This document shows, one piece after another, positions 25,126 through 34,229 of a stretch of 64,000 bases of DNA. Origin of the DNA: Candidatus Bathyarchaeia archaeon (GTDB lineage: Archaea > Thermoproteota > Bathyarchaeia > Bathyarchaeales > Bathycorpusculaceae); contig JBHGBG010000001.1 in assembly GCA_041946875.1 (NCBI GenBank), positions 10,996-74,995 on the forward strand, read 5' to 3'. The position numbers were made by a program, and so were the translations under genes. The notes beneath the pieces are model-generated. The model did no database searches. It was not told the origin of the DNA and saw only the letters and a program-made list of their open reading frames with translations. Each line of letters opens with the position of its first letter. Positions within the stretch are counted from its first letter, which is position 1.

Positions 25126-25626
25126 TTAACTTTTCTCGGACGCGTTCAGGGTTTCGGGTTTTTGGTGCTGCTTGCCCGTCATGCAGTGGATGTGGATTTT
25201 GCCCATGGTAGTCTTGGCGAGTTTCTCAGGTTTTATCTTCGCCAGTTTCTCTTCTGGCTTCGCTGACAACTGCCGAACAATGACTTCAATAGCATGCCGC
25301 TTCTCTGCAGCGTCTTCGATGAGGCTGAATTTTCCGGCGAAGTGGACGCTGGTATAGGCGTAGTCGCATTCGTCGGTGACACCGTAGTCATGCACTGCCT
25401 GCCCCCAGACTTTGGTGTTTGATTTCAGGAAAATGAGCTTCTTGCCCTCGGAGGCACAGTGAAAGTACAAGCAGTTGTTTTCTTTGTCGTAGCCGTGACT
25501 CAGCGACACGAGGTAAGGCTCGTTGTCCATGCTCATGGCGATTGTGACGTACTTGGTAGATTTCAAGACGTTTTGCATGGTTTCGCGGTCGGTTATTTCT
25601 CGGTCCCTGCGTCTAACGTGAAACAT
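25126..25626 (-). CDS. Pyridoxamine 5'-phosphate oxidase family (FMN-binding split barrel) protein
   Basis: MFHVRRRDREITDRETMQNVL....YVTIAMS.DNEPY.V.LS.......LYFH.A..G.K is the typical PNPOx-like N-terminus. Confidence 0.7.
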   Translation of the reverse strand: MFHVRRRDREITDRETMQNVLKSTKYVTIAMSMDNEPYLVSLSHGYDKENNCLYFHCASEGKKLIFLKSNTKVWGQAVHDYGVTDECDYAYTSVHFAGKFSLIEDAAEKRHAIEVIVRQLSAKPEEKLAKIKPEKLAKTTMGKIHIHCMTGKQHQKPETLNASEKS

Positions 25627-25684
25627 AGTTTCTCCTATCGCTGAAAGGCGATATTAACCTGCAGGATACCAAACATGGAAAACC

Positions 25685-26221
25685 TCAATCTGTCTTGCCA
25701 GACGTTTTGCCTCGCATCCTCGCAATCCCTCTTGCTGCCAAGTTCACCACATCAGGAGTGAATATTGACAATGCGGCAAGTATGAAGTTAATTGGGAAGA
25801 CGAAAACGCTTTCGAACAGGTTGTAGCTTCCTCCAGGACCGCTTATCAGAAGGTAGTATCCCCCGAACTGGATTGCAGACCAAACTGCTGTCTCGCTCAG
25901 TGCTCCAGCAAGCCGAGCCAGATACTTTGCACGACCAGAGACTGCGTTGCCTCGGTAGTTGCTGAGGAATATCTCGCCTGCGACGCCTCCCGCGCCTCCG
26001 GGGAAGAAGGCGTTGACCAGAACTTTCTCCAGCATGTTGCCTGGAATTATGTGGCCAATCCAGAATCCAGGAAAGTTCAAGATGGGGAGGGCAACTGTGC
26101 CCGTGGCGTAGCGGATGGCTGCTGGGATAGCGTATATGACGGCGCCGCCTGCCTGCCAACGCCAGAACCGCCTGCTTTTCAGCGTCGCCTTCATTGCCCC
26201 GAGTAGGTTCATAGGTTCCAA
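25685..26221 (-). CDS. Hypothetical membrane protein
   Basis: 178-aa ORF with several hydrophobic helices. No motif recognised. Confidence 0.45.
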   Translation of the reverse strand: MEPMNLLGAMKATLKSRRFWRWQAGGAVIYAIPAAIRYATGTVALPILNFPGFWIGHIIPGNMLEKVLVNAFFPGGAGGVAGEIFLSNYRGNAVSGRAKYLARLAGALSETAVWSAIQFGGYYLLISGPGGSYNLFESVFVFPINFILAALSIFTPDVVNLAARGIARMRGKTSGKTD

Positions 26222-26283
26222 GAGAACCCTGAGGTTAAAAGCCTTGCCATTCGCTGAGAACGTGGAGTGGCGAGCGCCGAGGG

Positions 26284-26553
26284 CTACTTCTTCAGAACCC
26301 GCAGAGTTCGCTCAGCCGTGGACACGCATGAAAGAAGGTCGTCGATTGTGGCGGTAAACGTGGCCAATTTGCCTTCAGTCGCTATGTCTGTGATGACGGC
26401 TTTGCCCCTGTGCTCTGTCCTGATGGCCAAGCCGGGCGGCGTTTTGAAGTTGTCGGGTGAAACTCCATCGGCGACGGCACGCGCTGTTTTCTCGTCGTTG
26501 TACTCAAGCGTTATCTTGGCTTCCAACTTCCTCGCCTCTGAGCTGTTTCCCAA
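26284..26553 (-). CDS. pcc1: KEOPS complex subunit Pcc1
   Basis: 89 aa. LEAKITLEYNDEKTARAVADGVSPD...TATIDDLL..V..AE aligns with archaeal Pcc1. It overlaps the 3' end of the DHH gene by 50 nt. Confidence 0.6.
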   Translation of the reverse strand: MGNSSEARKLEAKITLEYNDEKTARAVADGVSPDNFKTPPGLAIRTEHRGKAVITDIATEGKLATFTATIDDLLSCVSTAERTLRVLKK

Positions 26554-27961
26554 CGAGGGCGTTGACTGCGCTCACGAAAGCCTCGACCTTGTCTAGCGGC
26601 GACTGGCCGCCCGCGGCTATGTTGTGCCCTCCGCCCTTGCCCGAGGCTCTTTCTGCCGCGGCGTGCATGACTTCGCCCAAGTTTATGCCTTTGCGGACGG
26701 CGAGGTCGGTGGTTCGTGCGGAGAACTTGGCGACGCCCTCGCCTGGGACGGTGGCGTAGGCGAGGAGGGGTTTTTCGACGTTGGGCAGGCTGGTGGTGAG
26801 TATGCTGCTGATGGTGCCGATGACTTTTTCGTTCACAAAGTCTTCGCCGTTCAGGACGTAGATGTTTTCGAGTTCTCTGAGGCGCTCGGGTTTCTCGTTG
26901 ACCCAGTTGAGGTATTTGTTGATGTCTTTACGGTAGTTCTCGAGGACCCGGTTGGCTTCTTCCAGCGCCTTGGTGCGGTCGCCCATGCAGACGGCTATTC
27001 CGAGGCTGGGTCTGCCCATGCGTCCGGTGGAGTTGAGGACGACGGCGAATTCTCTTGCGTCTCGGAGGCTGGTCCAGGGTTCCTCTTGTGTGAGGGTGTA
27101 GATGTTTCCGATGAGGTTGGTGACTTCGTAGTGCAGTCCCTTTGACAGGAGGTAGTCTGCGAGTGCGGAGCAGAGTCGTTTCTTCTCGTCTTCGGTGAGG
27201 TCGCGAAGTGCGCGCCATTTGTCGCCGCTCTTCAGCGGGATGTCGAGGCTGGAGAGGAAGGCGAGGCTTTTGTCTTCTTCGCCGCTTATGCCTGGAATGA
27301 ACGGGTTCGTCGTGGTGGAGAGGGTTTTGTGGATGGGGCGGGTTTCTCTGCCGAAGAAGGTTAGGTCTTTTTCGACTTTGACTAAGCCTGCGTTGACAGC
27401 GTCGTTGACGATTTGTTCGTTGAGTCCGCCGAGTTTGCGTTGGTCGTACCGGTCTTGCAGGTCGCCGAGGGCGCCGACGAGGGCGATGGGTGCGAGGTCC
27501 ACGTTTCGCTGGTCTACTGCTCGGGCTGCGAAGTAGGCGACGCCTGAGCCGCTGACGTCTGTGGCGCCGTCGAACCCGTGGAGGTGTGGGTTGACTTGGA
27601 CAAAGTTGGTGTTCTGCGTTGTGCCCGAAACTTGGTGGTGGTCGAGGATGACGACTTTGACTGCGGGTATTTTCTCGTTGAGTAGGTCGAGGTAGCCGCT
27701 GCCGAAGTCGGTGAATATGACGAGTTCGGGTTTGTCGGCGGTGATTTCGCCTATGATTTTTTCGTCTACCCACTGCGTGATTCTCGTGCGGAAGCGTGCG
27801 TCGAGGCGGAAGAGGGTTTTTGCCATGATGCCTGCGGCGGCGATGCCGTCTGCGTCGAGGTGGGAGAAGACGTGGATGAAGCCGTCTTTTTGGGTGGTTT
27901 CGTGGATGGTTTTGGCGGCTTCGTTTGCTGATGTGAGGAAGGTTGTGGTGTCTTGGGTCAT
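26504..27961 (-). CDS. DHH-family phosphoesterase, archaeal RecJ/Cdc45-like (GAN-type) nuclease
   Basis: DHH motifs: HLDADGIAAAGI (motif I/II), FTDFGSG, VILDHHQ, and a C-terminal GGGHNIAAG (DHHA1) motif. It sits directly downstream of rps15, as in many archaea. Confidence 0.8.
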   Translation of the reverse strand: MTQDTTTFLTSANEAAKTIHETTQKDGFIHVFSHLDADGIAAAGIMAKTLFRLDARFRTRITQWVDEKIIGEITADKPELVIFTDFGSGYLDLLNEKIPAVKVVILDHHQVSGTTQNTNFVQVNPHLHGFDGATDVSGSGVAYFAARAVDQRNVDLAPIALVGALGDLQDRYDQRKLGGLNEQIVNDAVNAGLVKVEKDLTFFGRETRPIHKTLSTTTNPFIPGISGEEDKSLAFLSSLDIPLKSGDKWRALRDLTEDEKKRLCSALADYLLSKGLHYEVTNLIGNIYTLTQEEPWTSLRDAREFAVVLNSTGRMGRPSLGIAVCMGDRTKALEEANRVLENYRKDINKYLNWVNEKPERLRELENIYVLNGEDFVNEKVIGTISSILTTSLPNVEKPLLAYATVPGEGVAKFSARTTDLAVRKGINLGEVMHAAAERASGKGGGHNIAAGGQSPLDKVEAFVSAVNALVGKQLRGEEVGSQDNA

Positions 27962-28067
27962 GTGGTTTTCCTTGGTGGTTTGTGGGGTTGTTTGGTATTT
28001 AGGTTTTTTGAGAACGGAGATGGGCTGTGTAGCGGTGGAAGAGAGGTTGGTTCTTAAAAGGGTGGGT

Positions 28068-28508
28068 TTAGGTTATGGAGGCGATTTTTGGTTCGTATTT
28101 CCAGTTTTTGGGCAGGACGCCTTCGCGTTTGTAGTAGCGGCTGAGTTTGTGTATTTTTGCTTCGATGAGTTGCATGTTGCGTTTGTTGTGGCTGTCTTTT
28201 TTGTTTTTTTCCATGTGGACTGCCATGCTTTGGGCTTTTTTCATGAGGTTGGCGAGGTCTTCGGGCATGGTTGGGGCGAGTTGGGCTTGGCGGAGGGTTT
28301 GGCTGATGCTTTTGCCGGTGATGGGTTTGACGAGTGGGATGGCGTATTGGTCTCTGAGGATGGTGCCTATGCTGCTGAGGTTGTGTCCTTCTTTGGCTAG
28401 GCGTATGATGAAGGCTTCGACTTCTTCGGGTTCGTATTTGCACCAGGTTGGTGGGCGTCTGCTGACTGGGCGGATGCTGTGGGATTTGCCTTTTTCCTGT
28501 TTTGGCAT
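28068..28508 (-). CDS. rps15: 30S ribosomal protein S15 (uS15/S13e)
   Basis: The N-terminal S13e-type extension (RRPPTWCKYEPEEVEAFIIRLAKEG) and a C-terminal S15 domain (HNKRNMQLIEAKIHKLSRYY). Confidence 0.9.
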   Translation of the reverse strand: MPKQEKGKSHSIRPVSRRPPTWCKYEPEEVEAFIIRLAKEGHNLSSIGTILRDQYAIPLVKPITGKSISQTLRQAQLAPTMPEDLANLMKKAQSMAVHMEKNKKDSHNKRNMQLIEAKIHKLSRYYKREGVLPKNWKYEPKIASIT

Positions 28509-28550
28509 TTGTTCACCTTGAGTTTGCAGTTATGTTGCACGGGGAACGGG

Positions 28551-28562
28551 TATTTAAAAATA
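28551..28562 (-). promoter_or_regulatory. Candidate TATA box for rps15
   Basis: The minus strand reads TATTTTTAAATA about 45-50 nt upstream of the rps15 ATG. An AGGTGA SD-like element lies just before the start codon. Confidence 0.35.
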
Positions 28563-28673
28563 GCTGTGGGGGTGTGGGTTTCGGTTGGGGGTTGGGCGGG
28601 TTTGGCTGCGCTGATGTGCTCGGTGATGTCTATAGCCCCCTTATTTATAGTGTGAGTAGCTGGTGGGTTTGTG

Positions 28674-28732
28674 GTGGACCTACCCTCTATAGGTTTCTGC
28701 AATGAGTTTCTAATAGGCTCCAAATATGCTCC
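28674..28732 (+). repeat. Intergenic repeat family, copy R2
   Basis: GTGGACCTACCCTCTATAGGTTTCTGCAATGAGTTTCTAATAGGCTCCAAATATGCTCC. Confidence 0.8.
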
Positions 28733-29017
28733 AAGTGCGCCATCGGTTTGCCATCTGCATTGGGCTTTCTCAGAATGGCCCCAGAAAAGGCTGAGGATTC
28801 CTCTCTGGCTCTCACCTCCCGGCAAGCTCATGCAGTTTCACCTGCCGAAAACTGCAGAAGGCTGTGCCTGAAGAACCCTCACGAAATTTAGAAATTTACC
28901 AATTCACAGATTTTTTAACAAGACAAATTTCAGAAAAAAGGATGCTTGCAAGACTGCAAATCTGACTTTTTTGGACCCACACAATAGCATATCATCTTTG
29001 CTTGAATTCTGTCGAGT

Positions 29018-29704
29018 CTATCCTTGGGCTTCTTCCGTATACAATCGAACTTTCACTTTCGCTGGTACTCTTCCTCGGTTCTCCATAATCAGATACCATG
29101 ACCCTTTTCGCGGTGTCACGTAGTCTATTTCGGTTTCTAAAACTCCTTCGTTGCAATCTTCAGATTCGAAATCCCTGTTACCTGTCCAATCTTCGAAGTT
29201 TAACCAATCCACAAAATAGACATCAATAGGATTGTCTGAGACTATTTTTCCTTTCAGGTGGTCATCTTTCATTAGTCTAAACTCGTAGGAATAGCCGTCA
29301 GATGGTTTCACGACGATTGTTTCTTTACGAATAAATGCTTTCTTTTCTGCTTGGCTGCTCTGTGGGTGTTCTTCTTTTTTTGAAGCTACAGTAATACTGA
29401 CCTTTGATTGATCATGTGCCATTACTTGAATCCCAGAGGATTTTTTCTGTATTTGTTTGTTATGCGAATCCGAACTATCTTCGTCTTTCCCAATGTTCTT
29501 GAAAAACCGGACGGCAATTTCCCCTATTGAATCTGGTTTCAATAAACACCCGGCTCCCAGTCCGCCAACAAAAATAGCTAGGACCCACATCACTACAGAG
29601 GTTAGGTTTAACCCCATGCTGATCGCGGAAACCAAGAATATTGGAAAAGCAATCATTAAACAAGTCAAACCAGTGACGTAACTATCTCTTCTTTTCTTGT
29701 CCAT
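29018..29704 (-). CDS. Hypothetical membrane-anchored protein (two N-terminal TM helices plus a soluble C-terminal domain)
   Basis: Low-GC ORF. The C-terminal segment VYFVDWLNFEDWTGNRDFE...PRKGSWYLIMENRG...KVKVRL loosely recalls the DUF1883 pattern; this is a weak call from memory only. Confidence 0.45.
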   Translation of the reverse strand: MDKKRRDSYVTGLTCLMIAFPIFLVSAISMGLNLTSVVMWVLAIFVGGLGAGCLLKPDSIGEIAVRFFKNIGKDEDSSDSHNKQIQKKSSGIQVMAHDQSKVSITVASKKEEHPQSSQAEKKAFIRKETIVVKPSDGYSYEFRLMKDDHLKGKIVSDNPIDVYFVDWLNFEDWTGNRDFESEDCNEGVLETEIDYVTPRKGSWYLIMENRGRVPAKVKVRLYTEEAQG

Positions 29705-29817
29705 GCATATTCAATTAACATAGGTTGCCTATTTCTTTTGCTCTTCAAAGATAAGACTGAGACAATCCGAATTGTTCACAAAGTCTTAAATCTACTAAGC
29801 GTAGAATAGCCTGAATT

Positions 29818-30708
29818 ATGATGAAATATTCCACCAGAAGGTTATCTTTGCTTATCGTATTCATAACCTTAATAGTGATCACATTTGTTGTTGGCTCTCC
29901 AATTGAAAAAGTGCATTCAGCTTCGTTTAGAATAGCGAGCGGAGAAGTCGAGTTTCAGGATATAGATACTTCTTCAGGAATGGTGTTGCTCCATTTCGTT
30001 TTCGATGAACAAACAGGTTCGGATGACTATAGAGACCGCTCGATGAGTTGGATAATATGGGAATATGGCAAATCGGGAGGTTTCGTATCAACTCCAATAG
30101 GTCCTGCTGACCCTGATTGGAAGTTAATTGGGACGAACAACGACACTAGTTGGAAATGGAGACTTGAGAAAACATTGTGGGCTAACTATCACCACAGTGG
30201 CTTCTTTCCCCTTGAACAGTTTAAGGTAAGTTTCTATGTCTGCTCAAATGAAAGCCGTGGCTTCGAAGTCAGAAGTCTTATTCCTAATTCATTTCCTTCA
30301 ATATTCCAAACGGGGGTAGTTCCTGAGGAAGTTCCTCATAGTTTCAAGTTTGAAGGAGTCCCAGAGCAAATTAGAGTCGATATTTCTTTCGGTCCAGATA
30401 GTATCTCTTCTCTGATAGGAGTAATGCTTTACGTTCTCTTTGGTGTACTCATCGTTCTTTGGGGAGTGCTATTTCAAAGGAGAAGAAGCACTAAACTTGA
30501 ACATTCAATTATGATAACGTCAAGTGTTTTGGTTTTTCTACCCATACTAGTGTTTACCTTTAGAACGTCCATCGCTCCGAAATACCTGATGCCGATTGAC
30601 ATACTGGGATTCTCCGTGATGTTGGTCTTTGGGATTCTGCTCATCTACGAGTTCTACGCAAAAACGAGAACCCCCAGAATGAACTTCGATCCTGGACTAT
30701 ACGATTGA
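29818..30708 (+). CDS. Hypothetical membrane protein (signal anchor, extracytoplasmic domain, three C-terminal TM helices)
   Basis: Low-GC ORF transcribed divergently from 29018..29704. No motif recognised. Confidence 0.45.
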   Translation: MMKYSTRRLSLLIVFITLIVITFVVGSPIEKVHSASFRIASGEVEFQDIDTSSGMVLLHFVFDEQTGSDDYRDRSMSWIIWEYGKSGGFVSTPIGPADPDWKLIGTNNDTSWKWRLEKTLWANYHHSGFFPLEQFKVSFYVCSNESRGFEVRSLIPNSFPSIFQTGVVPEEVPHSFKFEGVPEQIRVDISFGPDSISSLIGVMLYVLFGVLIVLWGVLFQRRRSTKLEHSIMITSSVLVFLPILVFTFRTSIAPKYLMPIDILGFSVMLVFGILLIYEFYAKTRTPRMNFDPGLYD

Positions 30709-30811
30709 ACAGAAATGACAACAGTCTGTGCGCGGCAGACGGAATCTTTGCAGACAAGAATAGAAAACAGATAGCAACGAATTGTCACTTTAGCTGATTT
30801 CATTTCGCTAA

Positions 30812-31399
30812 TCATATCGTGCTCTTGTACCAATGTGCGAACTGGAGGAGAGCCCTTGCCCTATGCGAGAAGCCGTTTTTCTCTTCAAGAGTCATTTCCG
30901 CAAATGTTTTGTTGCTGCCTTCGGGTTGGAAGATGGGGTCGAACCCGAACGCGGACCTGTCGCCTTTCCTCTCTTGGGTCGTGATTTGTCCTGTGGCTTC
31001 GCCGTGGAAGCATATGTGCGCCTTGTTTGTGCTGTTGCAGTAGGCTATGGCTGAGCGGAATGTGGCGTGTCTGTTCGGCTGGTTCTCCATGAGCTTGAGG
31101 AGTCCTTTGTTGCCGACGGTTTTGTAGACGTACGCCGCGTACGGTCCAGGAAAGCCTTTCAGCGCTTCGACGAAAAGTCCTGCGTCCTCGACGATGAGGG
31201 GCAGGTGGCAGCGGTTAAACGCGTCGATGGCGCTTGCGGCGGCTATTTCGCTGAGGCTGTCGCTCTGGATTTCCACCGCCTTCACTCGCAGCATGCCTAC
31301 GGCTATGCCTTCCTGGGCGAGGACGGCGCGGGCTTCGTGGAACTTGTGGACGTTGCCCGTCGCGAAGAAAACCACCTTCCCCTTCAATCCTGCGTTCAT
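30812..31399 (-). CDS. Non-canonical purine NTP pyrophosphatase (XTP/dITP diphosphatase, RdgB/HAM1 family)
   Basis: VVFFATGNVHKFHEA, VEDAGLFVEAL.GFPGPY and FGFDPIF are HAM1 family motifs. Confidence 0.85.
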   Translation of the reverse strand: MNAGLKGKVVFFATGNVHKFHEARAVLAQEGIAVGMLRVKAVEIQSDSLSEIAAASAIDAFNRCHLPLIVEDAGLFVEALKGFPGPYAAYVYKTVGNKGLLKLMENQPNRHATFRSAIAYCNSTNKAHICFHGEATGQITTQERKGDRSAFGFDPIFQPEGSNKTFAEMTLEEKNGFSHRARALLQFAHWYKSTI

Positions 31400-32067
31400 G
31401 CGGTTGGCTCCTGTCTCCTTTCAGAGACGTAGCGCCCTCTTTTCTCTATTTCCCTAATCTTCGCCAAAACCCGCTCCGCCACATCCACGCCCAGCACGGC
31501 GCTGTAGCCCTTGAGGACGTGGCTGAAGCAGTCGTCCGCGTGCTCGAAATGTGTGCTCTGCAGCGCCCGCTTCATCAGGTGCAGGTCCACGCCCTGCGCC
31601 TCGACCTCGGCGGTTTTCTCGCCCAACCCGAAGTCCACGAAGAAAACCCTGCCATCCCCCGCCAGAATCATGTTCGACGTCGTCAGGTCGCCGTGAACCA
31701 CACCGTGACGGTGCAGCCTGGCTATGAGTCCGCCTATCCTCTCGCAGAGCGCACGCCTCTCCGCCTCCGCCATGCCGTTCAGCAGCTGCTTCACCTGCCC
31801 CCCCTCCACGTAGCCCATGACTATCGAGGCGCCCGCCACGTCCACAACGTAAATCGTTGGGGTCGGCACACCCGCCAGCTTCGCCTCATGCATCAACTGC
31901 GGCTCATGAACCGTCCTGTACGTGCGGATGGTCTGATCCAACGCGGCAGGGCGGTACCGCTTGGGCAACCGCGCCTTAACGACAACGCGCCTGCCATGCC
32001 AATCAGCCAAGAACAGGCTGGCTTCAGCACCCTTCTTCAACAGCCGCCGCGCAGTTACTTCACCCAT
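31396..32067 (-). CDS. bud32: Kae1-associated kinase Bud32
   Basis: GAEASLFLADW.GRRVVVKAR.PK.YR and HGDLTTSNMIL...FVDFGL. Start set at the ATG at 32067, overlapping the kae1 stop; the track's extension to 32139 was rejected. Confidence 0.8.
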   Translation of the reverse strand: MGEVTARRLLKKGAEASLFLADWHGRRVVVKARLPKRYRPAALDQTIRTYRTVHEPQLMHEAKLAGVPTPTIYVVDVAGASIVMGYVEGGQVKQLLNGMAEAERRALCERIGGLIARLHRHGVVHGDLTTSNMILAGDGRVFFVDFGLGEKTAEVEAQGVDLHLMKRALQSTHFEHADDCFSHVLKGYSAVLGVDVAERVLAKIREIEKRGRYVSERRQEPTA

Positions 32068-33083
32068 GGCACATCCACCTTCTCCACCCGCCAACGCAGC
32101 TTGACAAAGCTCTCCTCGACAGGCGTCACCAAGCCGCATCCGTACGCGAGCACGCCCGTCCAGGCAATCATGGCGCCGTTGTCCGTGGCGAACTCCCGAG
32201 GCACCACACTGAACCGCGCCTCGTGCTCTTCCGCGATGACGCTGAGCATCTGCTGAAGCCGCTGGTTAGCCGCAACGCCGCCCGTGAGCAGAACCTCCCG
32301 CTTCTCGGTGTGCGCCAACGCGCGCTCCGTGACCTCGGTAACCATAGAGAACGCGTGCTCCTGCAGACTGTAACACAGATCCTCCAGCCTCTGGTCGCCC
32401 TTCTTGAGCGCGGCGGTGGCGGCGGTAAGCAAACCGCTCAGCGACAGGTCCATGCCCTTCACGACGTAGGGCAGCGGAACCAGCACCGTGCCTTCGGCGG
32501 CAAGCTGCTCGACCGCGGCGCCCAGCGGCAAACCCTTCCTGTGCCGCAACCCCGCCTCTCGGGCGAAAACGTCCAGGCAGTTGCCCAGCGCGATGTCCAG
32601 GGTCTCGCCGAAGACTCTGTACCGCCCAGCAGCGTAGGCGGTGACCATGGTGTTGCCGCCCGAAACATACAACGCAACCGGGTCTTCGGCGCCTGTTTTC
32701 AGCTTGCCGATCTCTATGTGCGCCACAGAATGGTTCACACCCACCAGCGGCACCCGCAGATAAGACGCCAAAGCACGCGCCACCGTAGCCCCAGTCCGAA
32801 GGCACGGACCCAGCCCCGGACCCTGAGCAAAAGCCACCAAATCCACTTGGTTCGGCTTCAACCCCGCCTCGCCCAAGGCTTCAGAAAGGACCGCTGCAGC
32901 CACGTCCGCGTGGTGCCTCGCCGCTTCCCTCGGGTGTATCCCGCCCTGCTCGGGCACGTAGCCGCTGGAGACGTTCGCCAGAATCTCACCGCTGAACGTT
33001 GCCACTCCCACACCGAAGTCGTCCGCCGTCGACTCCACGCCCAAGCAGCACCGTTCCTCGGGTTTACCTCTGCGCTTCGCCAT
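32055..33083 (-). CDS. kae1: tRNA N6-adenosine threonylcarbamoyltransferase Kae1
   Basis: LGVESTADDFGVGV, VNHSVAHIE, YVSGGNT and the C-terminal CTDNGAMIAW-like ATDNGAMIAWTG. Confidence 0.9.
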   Translation of the reverse strand: MAKRRGKPEERCCLGVESTADDFGVGVATFSGEILANVSSGYVPEQGGIHPREAARHHADVAAAVLSEALGEAGLKPNQVDLVAFAQGPGLGPCLRTGATVARALASYLRVPLVGVNHSVAHIEIGKLKTGAEDPVALYVSGGNTMVTAYAAGRYRVFGETLDIALGNCLDVFAREAGLRHRKGLPLGAAVEQLAAEGTVLVPLPYVVKGMDLSLSGLLTAATAALKKGDQRLEDLCYSLQEHAFSMVTEVTERALAHTEKREVLLTGGVAANQRLQQMLSVIAEEHEARFSVVPREFATDNGAMIAWTGVLAYGCGLVTPVEESFVKLRWRVEKVDVPWVK

Positions 33084-33182
33084 AGCCTTCGTCCTCCAAG
33101 CAGAATCGTCACGTTCTGGGGATACATATTTTTATCTGGCACCTACCCCATATATAAGATGAAACTGCGGTACTGATTTAAC

Positions 33183-33551
33183 ATGCCGAAACGCAACGAC
33201 CTCGAACAGAAAGCTCTTCATTTCGTTGTTAACACTGGCTTCAAGGGCGTGCTCCAATCCGAACTGTGGAGAGAACTGGGCGCAAGCAGCCGAGAAGGCT
33301 CCCGAGTCGCCATAAAACTCGAAGAAAAAGGCCTCATCCGCAGAGAAAAAGAACTCGAAGGCGGCAGATGGACCTACAGGCTGTTCCCCAAACGCATGCC
33401 CGCCAGCATAGAAAGCATAGTCGACTGCCCCTGCCTCATGTGCCAAGACAACGCCCGATGCGACCCGACGACGGCGATTTCTCCGAAAAGCTGCGAGAAA
33501 CTCACGGGTTGGATCCTCTCGCTGGACAAGGAAGTCGACCCACCCCAATAG
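33183..33551 (+). CDS. Winged-helix protein with C-terminal Cys cluster (possible TFE-beta/RPC34-like)
   Basis: Winged-helix segment VLQSELWRELGASSREGSRVAIKLEEKGLIRRE, then CPCLMCQDNARC....SPKSC. The identity as TFE-beta is inference. Confidence 0.4.
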   Translation: MPKRNDLEQKALHFVVNTGFKGVLQSELWRELGASSREGSRVAIKLEEKGLIRREKELEGGRWTYRLFPKRMPASIESIVDCPCLMCQDNARCDPTTAISPKSCEKLTGWILSLDKEVDPPQ

Positions 33552-33563
33552 GAACGAACGGCA

Positions 33564-34205
33564 GTGCCCAAGTCCAAGAACTGGATCAAAGAGAGAAAAC
33601 AAGAATTCTACTACAAAAAAGCCAAGGCAGAAAACTACCGCTCCCGCGCCACCTACAAGCTCGCCCAAACCATAGCCAAATACCACTTCATAAAATTCGG
33701 CGACGTCGTCGTCGACCTGGGCGCAGCGCCCGGTGGATGGATCCAAGCCGCCCGAAAAGCCGCTGGCAAGAAAGGTTTCGTCCTAGGCGTTGACCTCAAA
33801 CCCATCGAGCCCTTCGAACAAACGTACATCCGTACAATCGTCTGCGACATGACCGACCCCGAAGCGGTGCAGCAGATTCTGAATTTTCTGCCGCGCAGAC
33901 CCAACGTGGTCCTGTCGGACATGTCGCCCAACATCTCAGGCGTCTGGGAAGTGGACCACGCGAGGCAGATAGACCTGGCGACGAAAGCCTTGGAGACCGC
34001 GGTCCAGATTCTTCGCCCGCACGGCAACTTTTTCGTCAAGGTCTTTGAAGGCGACCTGCTGCAAGACTTCATCAAGACAATCAAGCGCCACTTTGCGGAA
34101 GTCAAGTTCGTGAAGCCGAAGGCAAGCCGCAGCCAGAGCAGCGAAATGTACATCCTGGCGCTGGGCTTGAAGAGTCCGGCGGTTCAGGCTGAAGGACAAA
34201 CCTAA
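33564..34205 (+). CDS. rlmE: 23S rRNA (uridine-2'-O)-methyltransferase RlmE/FtsJ
   Basis: YRSRATYKL, VVDLGAAPGGW, VLSDMSPN.SG and FVKVFEG motifs. Confidence 0.85.
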   Translation: MPKSKNWIKERKQEFYYKKAKAENYRSRATYKLAQTIAKYHFIKFGDVVVDLGAAPGGWIQAARKAAGKKGFVLGVDLKPIEPFEQTYIRTIVCDMTDPEAVQQILNFLPRRPNVVLSDMSPNISGVWEVDHARQIDLATKALETAVQILRPHGNFFVKVFEGDLLQDFIKTIKRHFAEVKFVKPKASRSQSSEMYILALGLKSPAVQAEGQT

Positions 34206-34229
34206 TCTTCTCAGCATGCCTTAATCGTT

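Noticed and set aside
26928-27773. 281-aa Arg/Pro-rich minus-strand ORF
   Set aside because: It is an alternative frame inside the RecJ/GAN-like gene. The extreme R/P/H/T composition is not protein-like.
27962-28700. Strong G+T strand skew on the plus strand around rps15 and its flanks
   Set aside because: The skew is explained by Lys/Pro/Thr-rich coding sequence and C/A-rich leader sequences on the minus strand. There is no repeat structure or independent feature.
32223-33176. 317-aa plus-strand ORF
   Set aside because: It is antisense to kae1, which has unambiguous motifs.
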